Shown here one piece after another: positions 12,345 to 23,688 of a stretch of 64,000 nt of DNA; position 1 is the first letter of the stretch; every line of letters begins with the position of its first letter. A program made the position numbers and the translations under genes. The notes beneath the pieces were generated by a model. That model saw only the letters and a list, made by a program, of their open reading frames with translations, had not been told where the DNA came from and made no database searches. This DNA comes from Octopus sinensis (Eukaryota). The stretch is from positions 49,600,001 to 49,664,000 of the forward strand of contig NC_043010.1 of assembly GCF_006345805.1 (NCBI RefSeq), written 5' to 3'.

Positions 12345-13491
12345 CAGAGGATGGGATATGACATACAGATTGTTTAAGATCTTTACCTTTTGACCTACAG
12401 ATTTAAAAAATAATTTTTTGTAACTATACTCTTTCAAACTTCGTATACTGGTAGAATGTGTCATATAAAATGCCTTTTACTCTTAGCGTTTTTGAGAAAA
12501 GTTTATGTTTATAAAGTTATTTCGTATTGAAGTTCTCGTATTTTGGTAATTTCAACCAACCAATGACTTGTATTCAGCTGAATAAAATTACTGCCATTGT
12601 TTGTCAACAACTATCGGTGGTGTATTTTTCGTTTGTCACTGTTATTTATGACATTGTTCATGCATTTGTACTGGTTTTAGCTTTAAGGTTTTAGGGTTAG
12701 GGTTAAGGTTTTAAGGTTAGGGTTGTAATAAATAACAGTGACAAACGAAATAACTTTATGAACATAAACTTTTCTCAAAAACGCTAAAAAGTGTTTTATA
12801 TGACACATTCTACCAGTATACGAAGTTTAGTTAAAAAAAATTATTTTTCAAATCTGTTGGTCAAAAGGTAAAGATCCTATATTTAAGCTTGTTGTTTGTG
12901 TCTTTTACACACTACAGTTTCATACAAGTACTAAACAGTTTTTAGATTATATCATTCATTTACTTATTGTTTAATTAACAGTAAGAATAATTGTGTTTAT
13001 GCTTTTGAGTTTCATTTGATAGATGTAAGCTGCTTTGGTATCAGAGAATAGCTACAATATGATCCTGAGTTATAATTATTACCTCGTGTACTTTGATAAA
13101 TATTTGTGTATTTTGATCAAATATTTTTACAAAATCCTTTAATAAACAGGTGTCTGTTTTATTACATGATAAGTGTTACTAAGAACAGAGGATGGGATCT
13201 GACATAGAGATTGTTATATATTTACGCCTGTTGTTTGTATTGTTTACACTCTTCAGTGTCACACAAGTACTAAACAGTTTTTAGATTATGTCATTTATTG
13301 ACTTATTGTTTAATTAACAGTAAGAATAATTGTGCTTATGCTTTTGAGTTTCATTTGATGGATTTAAGCTGCTTTGGTATCAGAATAGCTACGATATGAT
13401 CGTGAGTTGCAATTGTTACTCTGTGTACTTGAAGAAATATTTTGATAGAATATTTTTACAAAACCCTTTAATAAACAGGTGTTACTAAGAA
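12345..13491 (+). repeat. Two-unit tandem duplication (~306-338 bp); unit 1 carries the fold-back insertion
   Basis: Both units start cagaggatgggat (12345, 13186) and end gtgttactaagaa (13185, 13491). Confidence 0.9.
12377..12877. mobile_element. Fold-back/MITE element with long TIRs, TA target duplication and a central TTAGGG-like tract
   Basis: Left arm gatctttaccttttgacc...aaagttatttcgt is the reverse complement of the right arm acgaaataactttatg...ggtcaaaaggtaaagatcc. TA at 12375-76 and 12878-79. Confidence 0.85.
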
Positions 13492-13839
13492 CATCTAATT
13501 TCTGTGAAAATAGATCCATCCAGAATACAAATATGTTAATTCTAACACTCAGTTGAATTGTACAACAGTGTTACACATACAAACCCCAGCACCTCCCTGA
13601 CAGACAGGCGGGCAAGCAGACAAACAGGCAGCAAATCTTTAAGTCATACATTACAAATGACTGCAGTATTTGGAACCATAAAAACCTGCAAGACCTTCTT
13701 GAGGTGTAAAGGCTGATGACCAAAACAAGATGCTTTCCTTTACGATCATACTACCAAGTAGGTGGCTAATCAACATTTACTCTAGATTAAAAATGGGAAA
13801 GAGATCAACATATTAATTAACTTTTGCAAGATAACAGTT

Positions 13840-13883
13840 GACAGTGACCAGGGTTTCAGCTTGATTGCCTTCATCAGACAGGC
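13840..13883 (-). ncRNA. Minimal type I hammerhead-ribozyme-like motif (Penelope-type relic)
   Basis: Minus strand reads GCCUGU-CUGAUGA-AGGC AAUCAA GCU-GAAA-C CCUG G-UC-ACUGUC. The catalytic core is intact; stem I has mismatches. Activity is unknown. Confidence 0.55.
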
Positions 13884-13977
13884 TACCTGAAACTTTGCAG
13901 TCCCTCTCAACCTTTTCTCTGTTAAAATTAATATATATGTACTCTTCTGAAAAGTATTGAGTAATCCTTCGGTTTAA

Positions 13978-14207
13978 CCCTTTTGTTACCATGCTTCTGT
14001 TGAAATACACTGCTTTTAATTTCAGTTAATTTTGAAAATAAGGAAGAATGTAGTAAAATAAGTTTGTTATATTAAGCTACTGTTTGAAATATAAATTAAG
14101 AAATTTTGATGTGAGGTTATAATTTAAATCACCTTAAAATAGGAAGTTTGTATCATAAAGTTAGGGGTAGTCTCAGGTGGCTTCAGACGGTTTGGTATCA
14201 AAAAGAG
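13978..14207. mobile_element. piggyBac-type MITE family 2, second copy
   Basis: TTAA|CCCTTTTGTTACCA ... TGGTATCAAAAAGAG|TTAA. Interior is similar to 9926-10115. Confidence 0.75.
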
Positions 14208-14324
14208 TTAATGTTAAATTGTTTTTATATATAACCCTGTATAAAAACAAACATTAATTTATGTAAACCTACATGGTAAACATACAAACAAGGAAAATTT
14301 AACTATTTCTCTGTATATAATAAT

Positions 14325-14540
14325 TCATCATCATTTAGTGTCCGCTTTCCATGCTAGCATGGGTTGGACAATTGTATATATATGTTTATGTGTGTGTGTG
14401 TGTGTGTATATATATATCCAGCCGTAGAAACACTGCCAGATCAGACTGGGCCTGATGCAGCCTTCTGGCTTCACAGACCCCAGTTGAACCGTCCAACCCA
14501 TGCTAGCATGGAAAGCGGACACTAAGTGATGATGATGATG
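14325..14540. mobile_element. Two family B tail fragments in inverted orientation
   Basis: 14325-14369 and 14491-14535 are near-perfect reverse complements of each other. Confidence 0.85.
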
Positions 14541-16715
14541 ATATATATATATTTACACACACACACATATATATAAAGTGTGAAATTACTTTAGTTTGAT
14601 TTGGATTTCTAGATCCTTCCATTTCTATTCATGTTCTAGAAATCACTTATCTATGTTTGGCATATTTTCAATATCCAGACTTTCATTTATATACTTTCGC
14701 ATGTATTATATTTTCAAGTTAAAACAATCTGGCATGTTCTGACCTCTGATTGATAGTGTTAAAGATTTTTCTTATTAACACATATTGGTTTTGGCTTTGT
14801 TTTATGGTTGGATTCTCTTCCTCTCACCAATAACTGTACCAAAGTGGACTGGGTGTGCTTACTGTACCACTAATGCTAGTGAACTTGTTCTGCTTGTTTA
14901 CACTATTATTGGTTTTGTTTCAGAATATTTGATCTCATAGATGAGTTGCCATCACTCTAGCATAAGGAGTTGCATCTCAACTGAGCAGAAGTTGGCAAGG
15001 AATAAAGGGGATAGATAGAAAAGGAAAAAAGTGCATACTCAACTGCATAAGTTGCCAGTATAGATTGAGTTACTTCATGGGAGGGACCGATAGTTGTGAT
15101 TGCTTTTCGAATAATTCATGCTACTAAGTTCATTTTTCTATTTTCCATGAATATAAACAGCTATTTTTGTGTCTACTAAAGTTTTACTATCTTTTGTTTG
15201 TGATTTGTTTAACAGCATGTTAACTTGATGTCAATATGTAACTCTTTCCTCAATTACTTTACTTATTGAGTCTTAAGATTCAATGTAAATGCATTATTGT
15301 TTATGGTACTGTTGCAGTTAATCTTTATTAGTTTAGTTTTTTTTAAGCTGAGAAGTTAATAGTAAAAAATGACAAGGAGATATTTATATTTTGCAAAATA
15401 TATATTAGCAACAGAAGCAACAAGCTAACTGGCTAACTGCGACACTAGTGCCTGTTCTGGCACTGTCAATCTATATATCACTGGTGGGGAGATGAATCAC
15501 TGTTGCCTCTTGTGGTTAAGTGTCTGTCCATCATTGACAAGACCAAACAAGATTGAAATCATGTGATCTGATTGTCTTGGTGCGAGAGGTAGTGGGGATT
15601 TATCGCCCAGCTAGCAATATAAACAAAAGTGTATTTGGCACCAAAAGACCAATATGAAAGCTTTTCTCATGATAACTACCACAGTAAAGTTTGTTCTAAT
15701 AGGACATCCACATTTAAGTGGAGATAAATAATACCTCTCATATTTTACACTTATTGCTCTGACAACTTACCCAAGAGTATTAAAGTATTATAAGGTTGCT
15801 CAGATATAAGAACTAGAATTCTAGATCCAAAGAGAGGAAACATTTTTAATTTGTTTGGGCAAAAGTGGACCAAGGCTTCTTAATGCAATATTGCAGAAAT
15901 TGGAAAGTATAATTTGTTTGGTATCCTTTTCTTGTTCACTGGTGTCATATAAATATTGAAAGTATTTTTAGAAGATAATTGCAAAACATTTGTCAAGTAA
16001 AAAGCAATCAAGGAGTTTATTCTCTTGCTGAAATCTGCTTCTTGTATTCAAAGTGATAAGAAATTAAAGTTAGAAATGCACTTCTAAAAGGAACCCTATC
16101 AACTGCACAATCATATGTTCTAATGGTGATACATATAACACTTTGAAATGTACAGTGAATTACAGTAGCTAATTTTAAAAGAATGATGGAGTTTGTATGA
16201 ATCTAGATATCCTTGGAAATAAAGAATGCCAAGGCACTGTATGGTATGACTGTTGTTGAGTTCATTCATGCTGCTTAGAGACCAGAAATATATCTTTGCT
16301 AACAATAGGAGTTTTTAAATAAGCAGCATATGAATATCAGTATTTCAAGAAAGATATCTTGAAAAATAAATTAGCTGTAACTTATTTAAGAAGCAAAAAC
16401 TATTGTTCATATTGTATCGCATTTACTTTGAGACTGTAGTCTTTCATCCATTTATTGCTTTTTTATTTTTTTGATAACTCCAGAAAATTTAATTCGAATG
16501 TTTAACATTACAAGAGTAGATGTAATGTGTGAAAACAATAGCTCTCCTCCTGAGAATTTCACTTCCCGCTCTCAAGGGAAAATCATGAAAGATAAGTTGG
16601 AAGAACACATTATCTAGTTAAAAGGTGATATTAAAATAATCAAAAATGTAAAATTGAACAGGAATTCTAAAATCTGAGCAAAAGAGTAGAGAAATGCTGT
16701 ATGAATCTGCCTGGT

Positions 16716-17063
16716 AGGCAGTTGTGGCTATGTTGTAAGCTTGCTTCCCAACCACGTGGTTCCGGGTTCAGTCCCACTGTGTAGTACCTTAGGCTGACCA
16801 AAGCCTTGTGGGTGGATTTGGTAGACAGAAAGTGAAGGAAGCCCATCATATATATATGTATGTATATGTTTGTGTGTCTGTGTTTGCCCCCCCCCCGCTT
16901 GATGTTGGTGTGTTTAAGTCCCTATAACCTAGCAGTTTGGCAAATGAGACCAATAAAATAAATACTAGGCTTACAAAGAATAAGTCCTGGGGTTGATTTG
17001 TTTGACTAAAGGTGGTGCTTCAGCATGGCGACAGTCAAATAACTGAAACAAAACAATAAAAGA
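16716..17063 (+). mobile_element. Family A SINE
   Basis: caaccacgtggttccgggttcagtcccactg...ggatttggtagacag...ctgaaaca tail. Confidence 0.8.
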
Positions 17064-17081
17064 ATATATATAATTATATAT

Positions 17082-17137
<56 letters not shown>

Positions 17138-17199
17138 GTTAATAAGTATTTGTATTAATGACCTGGTGGTTTCAATGTTTACCATAGCTTTAAGAGCAT

Positions 17200-17542
17200 C
17201 TTTTACTTTTCACTTTTCTAATCATGATGCTGCTATGATGGGGCATCACCTTGAAGAGTTTACTTTAAGAAATTAACCCCACTATTTATTTTAAGTCTGG
17301 TACTCATTCTATCTGCTTCTTTTGCTGAACCGCTAAGTTTTAGGAATCCAAACAAGCAACACTGGTTGTCAAGTGTTTTTGGAGGAGAAACACAATACTA
17401 AGACACACACACACACAATGGGTTTCTTTCAGTTACCGACTACCAAATCCACTCACAAGACTTTGGTCAGCCTGTGCTCTTGTCCAAAGTGTCACACAAT
17501 GGGACTGAACTCAAGACCACATGGTTGGAAAGGAAGCTTCCT
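17200..17542 (-). mobile_element. Family A SINE (degenerate)
   Basis: Reverse-complement match, including ctaccaaatccactcacaag and gggactgaactc. Confidence 0.7.
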
Positions 17543-18002
17543 ATTAAATGTTTTAGGATGATTGATGTAATTTGTGCTTTAAAACTATTTGATTTCAGGC
17601 TCAGTGTAAATTTTTCTGGCAAATTTATCAGAATGCATTGAGTAAAATTTTATAATTTAGTATTTCTAAAAAAATTTAAGTAACAAGGAACAATCCAAGG
17701 TTAAAGCTAAAAAATCATATGACCCAATAGATAACTTTATTATTTATTTTACAAGTCCTTGATGACATTGCAAACTGTTTGGTTCAGTATGCAAAGAAAG
17801 ATGGCTACAAATTCAGAAGTAATGTGTTTAAAGGAAAATAACAAAACAAAACAAAAGCAGTTTAGTTAGTAATATTCCAGATAGGTGACAGCTAACTCAA
17901 ATTTCCACCTTGTTTCACATTTATGTGCTTACTCCGGTGTATATATATATATATAATATATATATATATAATATATATATATATATATTATATATATATA
18001 TA

Positions 18003-19263
18003 TCGGGTCATCCCATAAATAATGTTTTTTTATACTTCTTTTATTTTTTCAAAATTAAGATAAACAAAGTTCTTCTTTAATCTAAAATATACTCTCCTTC
18101 ATTTTCTACAATACTCTTCTATCTGTCTGGTAGAATTGTAGGGGCCCTCTTCCAAAATTCTTTTGTTCATGATGAAAAATACTCGTCTAATACTTTTCTG
18201 ACCTCATCTACAGAATTCATATGTTTTCTGTCCAAATGGTTTTGAAGACTGCGACATAAATGATAATCAGATGGGGCAATGTCTGATGAATATGGTAGGT
18301 AGGGCATTGTTTCCCATTTAAAATGCTCCAGCCTTTGGAATGTCATCCTCGCTGTATGTGACTGAGTATTATCCTGATGGAAGAACAACTTTCGTCTGGA
18401 AACCAAAGATGGTCGTCTTTCTTCTAGTGCTGACTTAAGCCACTCGAGTTGTCTTTGTTATCTTTTGATTTGGGTTTAAAAGTTCAAAGTGGACTAAACC
18501 TTTCATAATCCCACCAAATTAATAACAACACCTTATGTGGCTGAAGACCTTCTTTAGCCTGGTGTGCCTGTGTTTCTCCTTTTCCTACCCAGTGTCTTTG
18601 GTGCTTGACATTTATAGAGAACCCATTTCTTGTCATCAGTCACTATTCAGTCCAAAAAAAGGTTAATTCGTGAGAAATGACAACAAAGAAGAGCACACAT
18701 CCATTCTTTGTGCACAATTAGACTCGGAAAGTTCATGGGGAACCCACTGACCCAATTTGCTGACTTCTCCAATGGCATGCAAGTATCAATGAATGGTTGA
18801 ATGACCAGATCCAAGCTTCTCTGCTAGTTCCTCAACAGTCATGATGGGATTTTGTTCCAACATTTGCAGGGTGTCTTCAAGCTCTACAGATTTTCCAGGG
18901 TGAGGTTCATCTTCTAAACTGTAGTTTCCGGCTCAGAATTTCTGGAACTACCATTGACACTGGCTTATAATTATTGTCTGACCCCCATATACCGCATTAA
19001 TATTCCTCACAATTTCCATTGCGTTGTTGCGTTTATTGAACTCAGAAAGCAAAATATACTGAATATGTTCCTTTGATACTTCCAACACAGCTTTGAAAAA
19101 GGTAACTGTTAAAATCGAGCTGCACTCTTCAAAACTTGCACTGAGAATAAGAACAAGGTAAAATTATTACCTGCTTTTAAGTTGATGCAGGTAGTTTATC
19201 CTGTCCCCTCTGACTTTTAATTCATGGAATTGAAAAAAAGCCCATTATTTATGGGATGACCCA
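18003..19263 (-). mobile_element. Full-length but decayed mariner (DD34D-type) transposon
   Basis: 20-bp perfect TIRs gggtcatcccataaataatg (18005) and cattatttatgggatgaccc (19243-19262), inserted in (TA)n. Minus-strand peptide QLEWLKSALEERRPSLVSRRKLFFHQDNTQSHTA...YLPYSSDIAPSDYHLCRSLQNHL. The ORF is broken. Confidence 0.92.
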
Positions 19264-19669
19264 TAATATATATATATCTGTATATGCATGCACACGCACA
19301 TATCATTTAATGTCTGCTTCTTTGTGCTTGCATTGGTCAGATGGAATTTGTTGAAACAGATTTTCTACAGTCCAACCCCCTTGCTGTTGTCAGCCAACAA
19401 TTGTTTTCACATAAAGTAATATTTTCCCCCCATGTCTAGATATGTTTCCATAGAATTTGGGGGATGGACACTACTTGCATGACAGTAACACTCGTTACAA
19501 CTACCACACTATTTCATAGCAAGGAGACAGTAACACACATTCACACAGAGCCACATGTATACATATGCATATGTATACAATGGGCTTCTTTCCGTTTCCA
19601 GCTTTCAAATCCACTCAAGGCTTTGATCAGCCCAGGGCCCTCTCAACCACATGATTCTGGGTCCTACTG

Positions 19670-19703
<34 letters not shown>

Positions 19704-19914
19704 TGCCTATGTGTATATATGTGTATGTGTGTATGCTTTACAAAATGATGAGATTGTGTACATACACACATACCAGGCCAATTTATCCCCTCCTTTGAAA
19801 TTGCTGGCCTTGTGCCAAAATACGAAACCAATATTTTGTTTTCATTTTTTTGTGCTTAAGAACCGTCTGTTGCATATGAGCTCAAAGTCTGTATAGTTTG
19901 GAGTTAAATTTTAT

Positions 19915-20532
19915 CTTTTACTTGTTTCAGTCTGTGGTCATGTCGTGCTTGAGCACTGTCTTGAAGGATTTAGTCAAACAAATTAATCATAGTATTTTTT
20001 TTCCTTTTAACCCATATATGCCCATTAAAAAATGAAGTGTTAAAATTTCACTGTATTTAGATTAAACGTTACGATAAGCTTTCACAATCTGGAAGAGAAG
20101 GACAGTATGCAACTATTAGTGATAGGTGTCGACTACCCACTGAACATTTTGTATGCTCATGTTCAAACAAGTAGGAGCTGATTTTGCGTTATGAAAATGC
20201 AACCAGGGGTATATATGGGTTAAGTTTGGTACTTATTCTATTGGGCACTTTTGCCAAACTGCTAAGTTATTGGGATGTAGACAAATTAACACTGGATGTC
20301 ACATGGTGCAGGCGGGAACATAACAAACACAAAGGCGCACAAAATCATTTATACGTATACACACACACAGATATATACCTGATGGGCTTCCGCACAGTTT
20401 CCATCTACCAAATTCACTCACAAGGTTGGCTCAGGGCTATAGTAGAAGACACTTGCCCAAGGTGCCACGCAGAGGGACTGAACCTGAAAACATGTGGTTG
20501 GTAAGCAAGCTACTTACTACACAGCCACTCCT
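19915..20532 (-). mobile_element. Family A SINE interrupted by a TTAA MITE
   Basis: Family A sequence lies on both sides of 20011-20219. The 5' head ends at cacagccactcct. Confidence 0.8.
20011..20219. mobile_element. piggyBac-type MITE family 3
   Basis: TTAA|CCCATATATGCCC ... GGGGTATATATGGG|TTAA, 209 bp. Confidence 0.85.
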
Positions 20533-20635
20533 GTATACAAAGCCATACAAATGCTTTTTTTTTTTTTTTCACTGAGTATATTTATGCTGGTATAGCCATT
20601 CAGTGTGCATGTTAGATATTTACACACTGATAAAG

Positions 20636-20955
20636 ACTCCGCCGGTTACGACGACGAGGGTCCCAGCTGATACGATCAACGGAACAGCTTGCTCGTGAAA
20701 TTAACGTGCAAATGGCTGAGCATTCCACAGACACGTGTACCCTTAACGTAGTTCTCGGGGATAATCAGCGTGACACAGAGAGTGACAAGGCTGACCCTTT
20801 GAAATACAAGTACAACTCATTTTTGCCAGCTGAGTGGACTGGAGCAACGTGAAATAAAGTGTCATGCTCAAGGACACAACGCGTCGCTGGGAATCAAACT
20901 CACAACCTTACGATCATGAGCCGAATGCCCTAACCACTAAGCCACGCGCCCTCAC
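20636..20955 (-). mobile_element. Young tRNA-derived SINE (family D) with a 15-bp target-site duplication
   Basis: TSD tacacactgataaag at 20621-20635 and 20956-20970. Minus-strand head GTGAGGGCGCGTGGCTTAGTGGTTAGGGC...GAGTTTGATTCCC has A and B boxes. CpG-rich. Confidence 0.92.
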
Positions 20956-21679
20956 TACACACTGATAAAGTGTTATGAGCTGTCGATGATGAATTAGCTC
21001 TTCTCTTTTTTCCTCCCCATTTCTACAGAAAATTGACCAGATCATAGAAAATGAAATTGAATCAAATTACATAAATGTATTTTGATAAAGGTGTTTGACA
21101 GATAGCAAAATCCATAAAGCACTAACAGTCTGAAAAATTACTTTCTAATGAGTCAATTTGGAATAAAAATTTCTGTCAGAAGGAAAACTTCTTTAAAATG
21201 CACTCAGTTCTATCTATGATGGAGTTTTTGTTAAATTGAAAGTGATTTTCTTCTTTTCTTTTTGAAGTATGAACAAAAATAGAAGAAAGAAAAGAAAATT
21301 TAAAGAATGTTGTTAATTTATTTATTTCTCTTATATAGTGTATTAAAAAAAATGTCAACTAAGATATTATATTTGATGCCAGCACTTGCTGTTTTATAAA
21401 ATGCACTTCGAAGTAGAATTATCACTTGGTTGAAATAAGCTTTCATCTCTGACATTTCTAATGCAATCAAAGTTGTTGACTTTGAAAATCAATTACTGTC
21501 TAATGTATTCTGCAGAGAGTGTGACTTCTATAAGAATGGATTCTCTGAAAGTATCATTTTTGCAGTTATGTAAAGTTTATTTTTCTTGTTGATTTCCAAA
21601 AGTTAAAAACTAGTTCAGTAATTTTCTTTTTTAATCATTATATTTTTAAGGAACATTTTATTTCAAACACACACGCATG

Positions 21680-21729
<50 letters not shown>

Positions 21730-22399
21730 CACATTCATGTACTCACCTGTACATTACACACTCATGCTTGTATATACACAACTGTATAGGCTACAAATGC
21801 AAGTGATTTTCAGTTACACAAATGTTCCTGAACTAAAAAGCTTTTGCAGATGTTGTAGGCAAGGTAGTATTCATTTCTCCCCTTATCTTTGTCTACCTGG
21901 CTGATGATAGCATAGTTTGAATTCTATAAAAGACCAGATATCTACTTCACTTCAGAAAAGAGTAGCCTAAATTAAAAAAAGATCCACCTGGGTGTGAAAA
22001 AAATACTTGCTTCAGCAACATGTATGGCTGCAGTTCAATGACTGAAATAAGTAAAAGAACAAAAGATTATAGGAATCATCCCATTCATTCAGATGAAATA
22101 ATATATATAATGTCAAGAAGTTATGCTCAGCTGCAGTTCATTATACATAATTTCAAATTATGAAAAATACTGGAAATAATTATTTTTGTGAAGTGCTATT
22201 CTTTTCTGTGACAAAACTCACCTGGCATGAAAACCTAACTCAACAGTATTCATATCTAGTGTTTGATCCACTTCACATGGTTATGCTGTATCAATGGTTA
22301 TCTCAATATACCTTTACAATTCAGTGATATATCTGCATATGCTCTGTGACATTGGGTTTAATTTCTTTGTGAAAATTCTAAAAATGAATTACAGATATA

Positions 22400-22810
22400 T
22401 ATCTTGGTAACCACAGAAAGGAAATGGATCACCTTTCAATATTAATAGCTCAGAAAGGGGATTTTTAAGAAGTTTTATAATTCAATAACTACTTGGCATC
22501 TGTAATATGAGCTCATTACAGATAATCTGGATTGGAAGAACACTAAAATTTTCTTGTTTTTTACTGGAAAGCTATATTCTCTGCATTTACCTTCCCTTCT
22601 ATGAACTACCAATATCCTGTATATTACATCCTTGCAGCCAAGAAATTTTACTCTCCATGGAGAATTGCATACAGACATTTTGAACTGTAAGCTTGCTTCA
22701 ATCATCAAAGATGTCATTTCTGTAGTCTCTAATGATTGGAACAATGTTGATATATCAACATTGAGGAATACTTGGCAAAGACTTTGGCTTACATCAAATA
22801 TTTGAAACGC
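22400..22810 (+). mobile_element. Highly decayed pogo/Tigger (DDE_1) transposase relic
   Basis: Fragments ERKWIT, YLPFYELPISCILHPCSQEIL (compare FLPPNTTSLLQPMDQGII) and IIKDVISVVSNDWNNVDISTLRNTWQRLW appear in the expected order. Confidence 0.5.
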
Positions 22811-23462
22811 ATCTGGAAAATGAAAACTTCGAACGGTTTCATGGCAATGAGATGATTTCATACTATTATATCATTATCTCTTAAGTTTACTTCATTACAA
22901 AGCTAAAAGTGTCAATAAATTAAAGGAAACTGATATTAAAAATAGTTGGACATTGAGAAATGTTCAGCTATACATTCCTTGAATGATGTAGAAATTTGTT
23001 GAAATGATGTTAAATGTTGCTTAGTATGAGGACAGTAATAATGATGGTGAAACAAGTCTCTATAAATTATATAGTGAAAATGTGTGATAAATTTATTACT
23101 GGTCTTGAGCAATGTTTATTTGTCCATAAGCAAGAGATTGTGGCAGTATATTTCAGTAAAAGAGACTGCTTAAGCATAACTGGCAGAAATACTTTCATTC
23201 TTCTATTTCTGATACTAGCATATTCAGGTCATAAAAAAAAAAATGATGATAATATTATTTATGATAGAAAATTGCACACTCGTTCATAATATGAAAAATC
23301 CACAATAAATTTCCTACCTAAAAGACTTTGCATTTGTATTTGTTTTTTTTTAGTAGAAAAATATAACAATAACTCATGCTTTTTACATCTATGAAAATTT
23401 TGTAACAAATCTTTTAATATAAATGTGTGCATGTGGGTGTGGAGAGAGGGAGAGATAGATAG

Positions 23463-23494
<32 letters not shown>

Positions 23495-23688
23495 CACCAT
23501 TTCTGTATCATACTTAATGCAAATAGATCATGAAAGGTAAATTAACTGTGGTATTTATCCAGGGGCAATATCTCTTATGGACTTAGTGTGTTTAAAACCA
23601 CAAATATATCGGTACCAGATGAAAGTTGGCCAGCAGAATTGGTAATAATACTGGATGCGCATTTCTGCTTCTTTGAGCAGTGTCAGTG

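Noticed and set aside
12692-12724. TTAGGG tract as a telomere or fusion scar
   Set aside because: Only a few imperfect units, one orientation, and enclosed within a transposon-like element.
15850-15970. Possible LINE RT relic on the minus strand (IYMTPVNKKRIPNKLYFPIS)
   Set aside because: A single weak resemblance to ITPxxKKG...NYRPIS with no supporting flanking motifs.
22475-22861. 128-aa minus-strand ORF
   Set aside because: No recognisable motif. It is antisense to the pogo-like relic on the plus strand.
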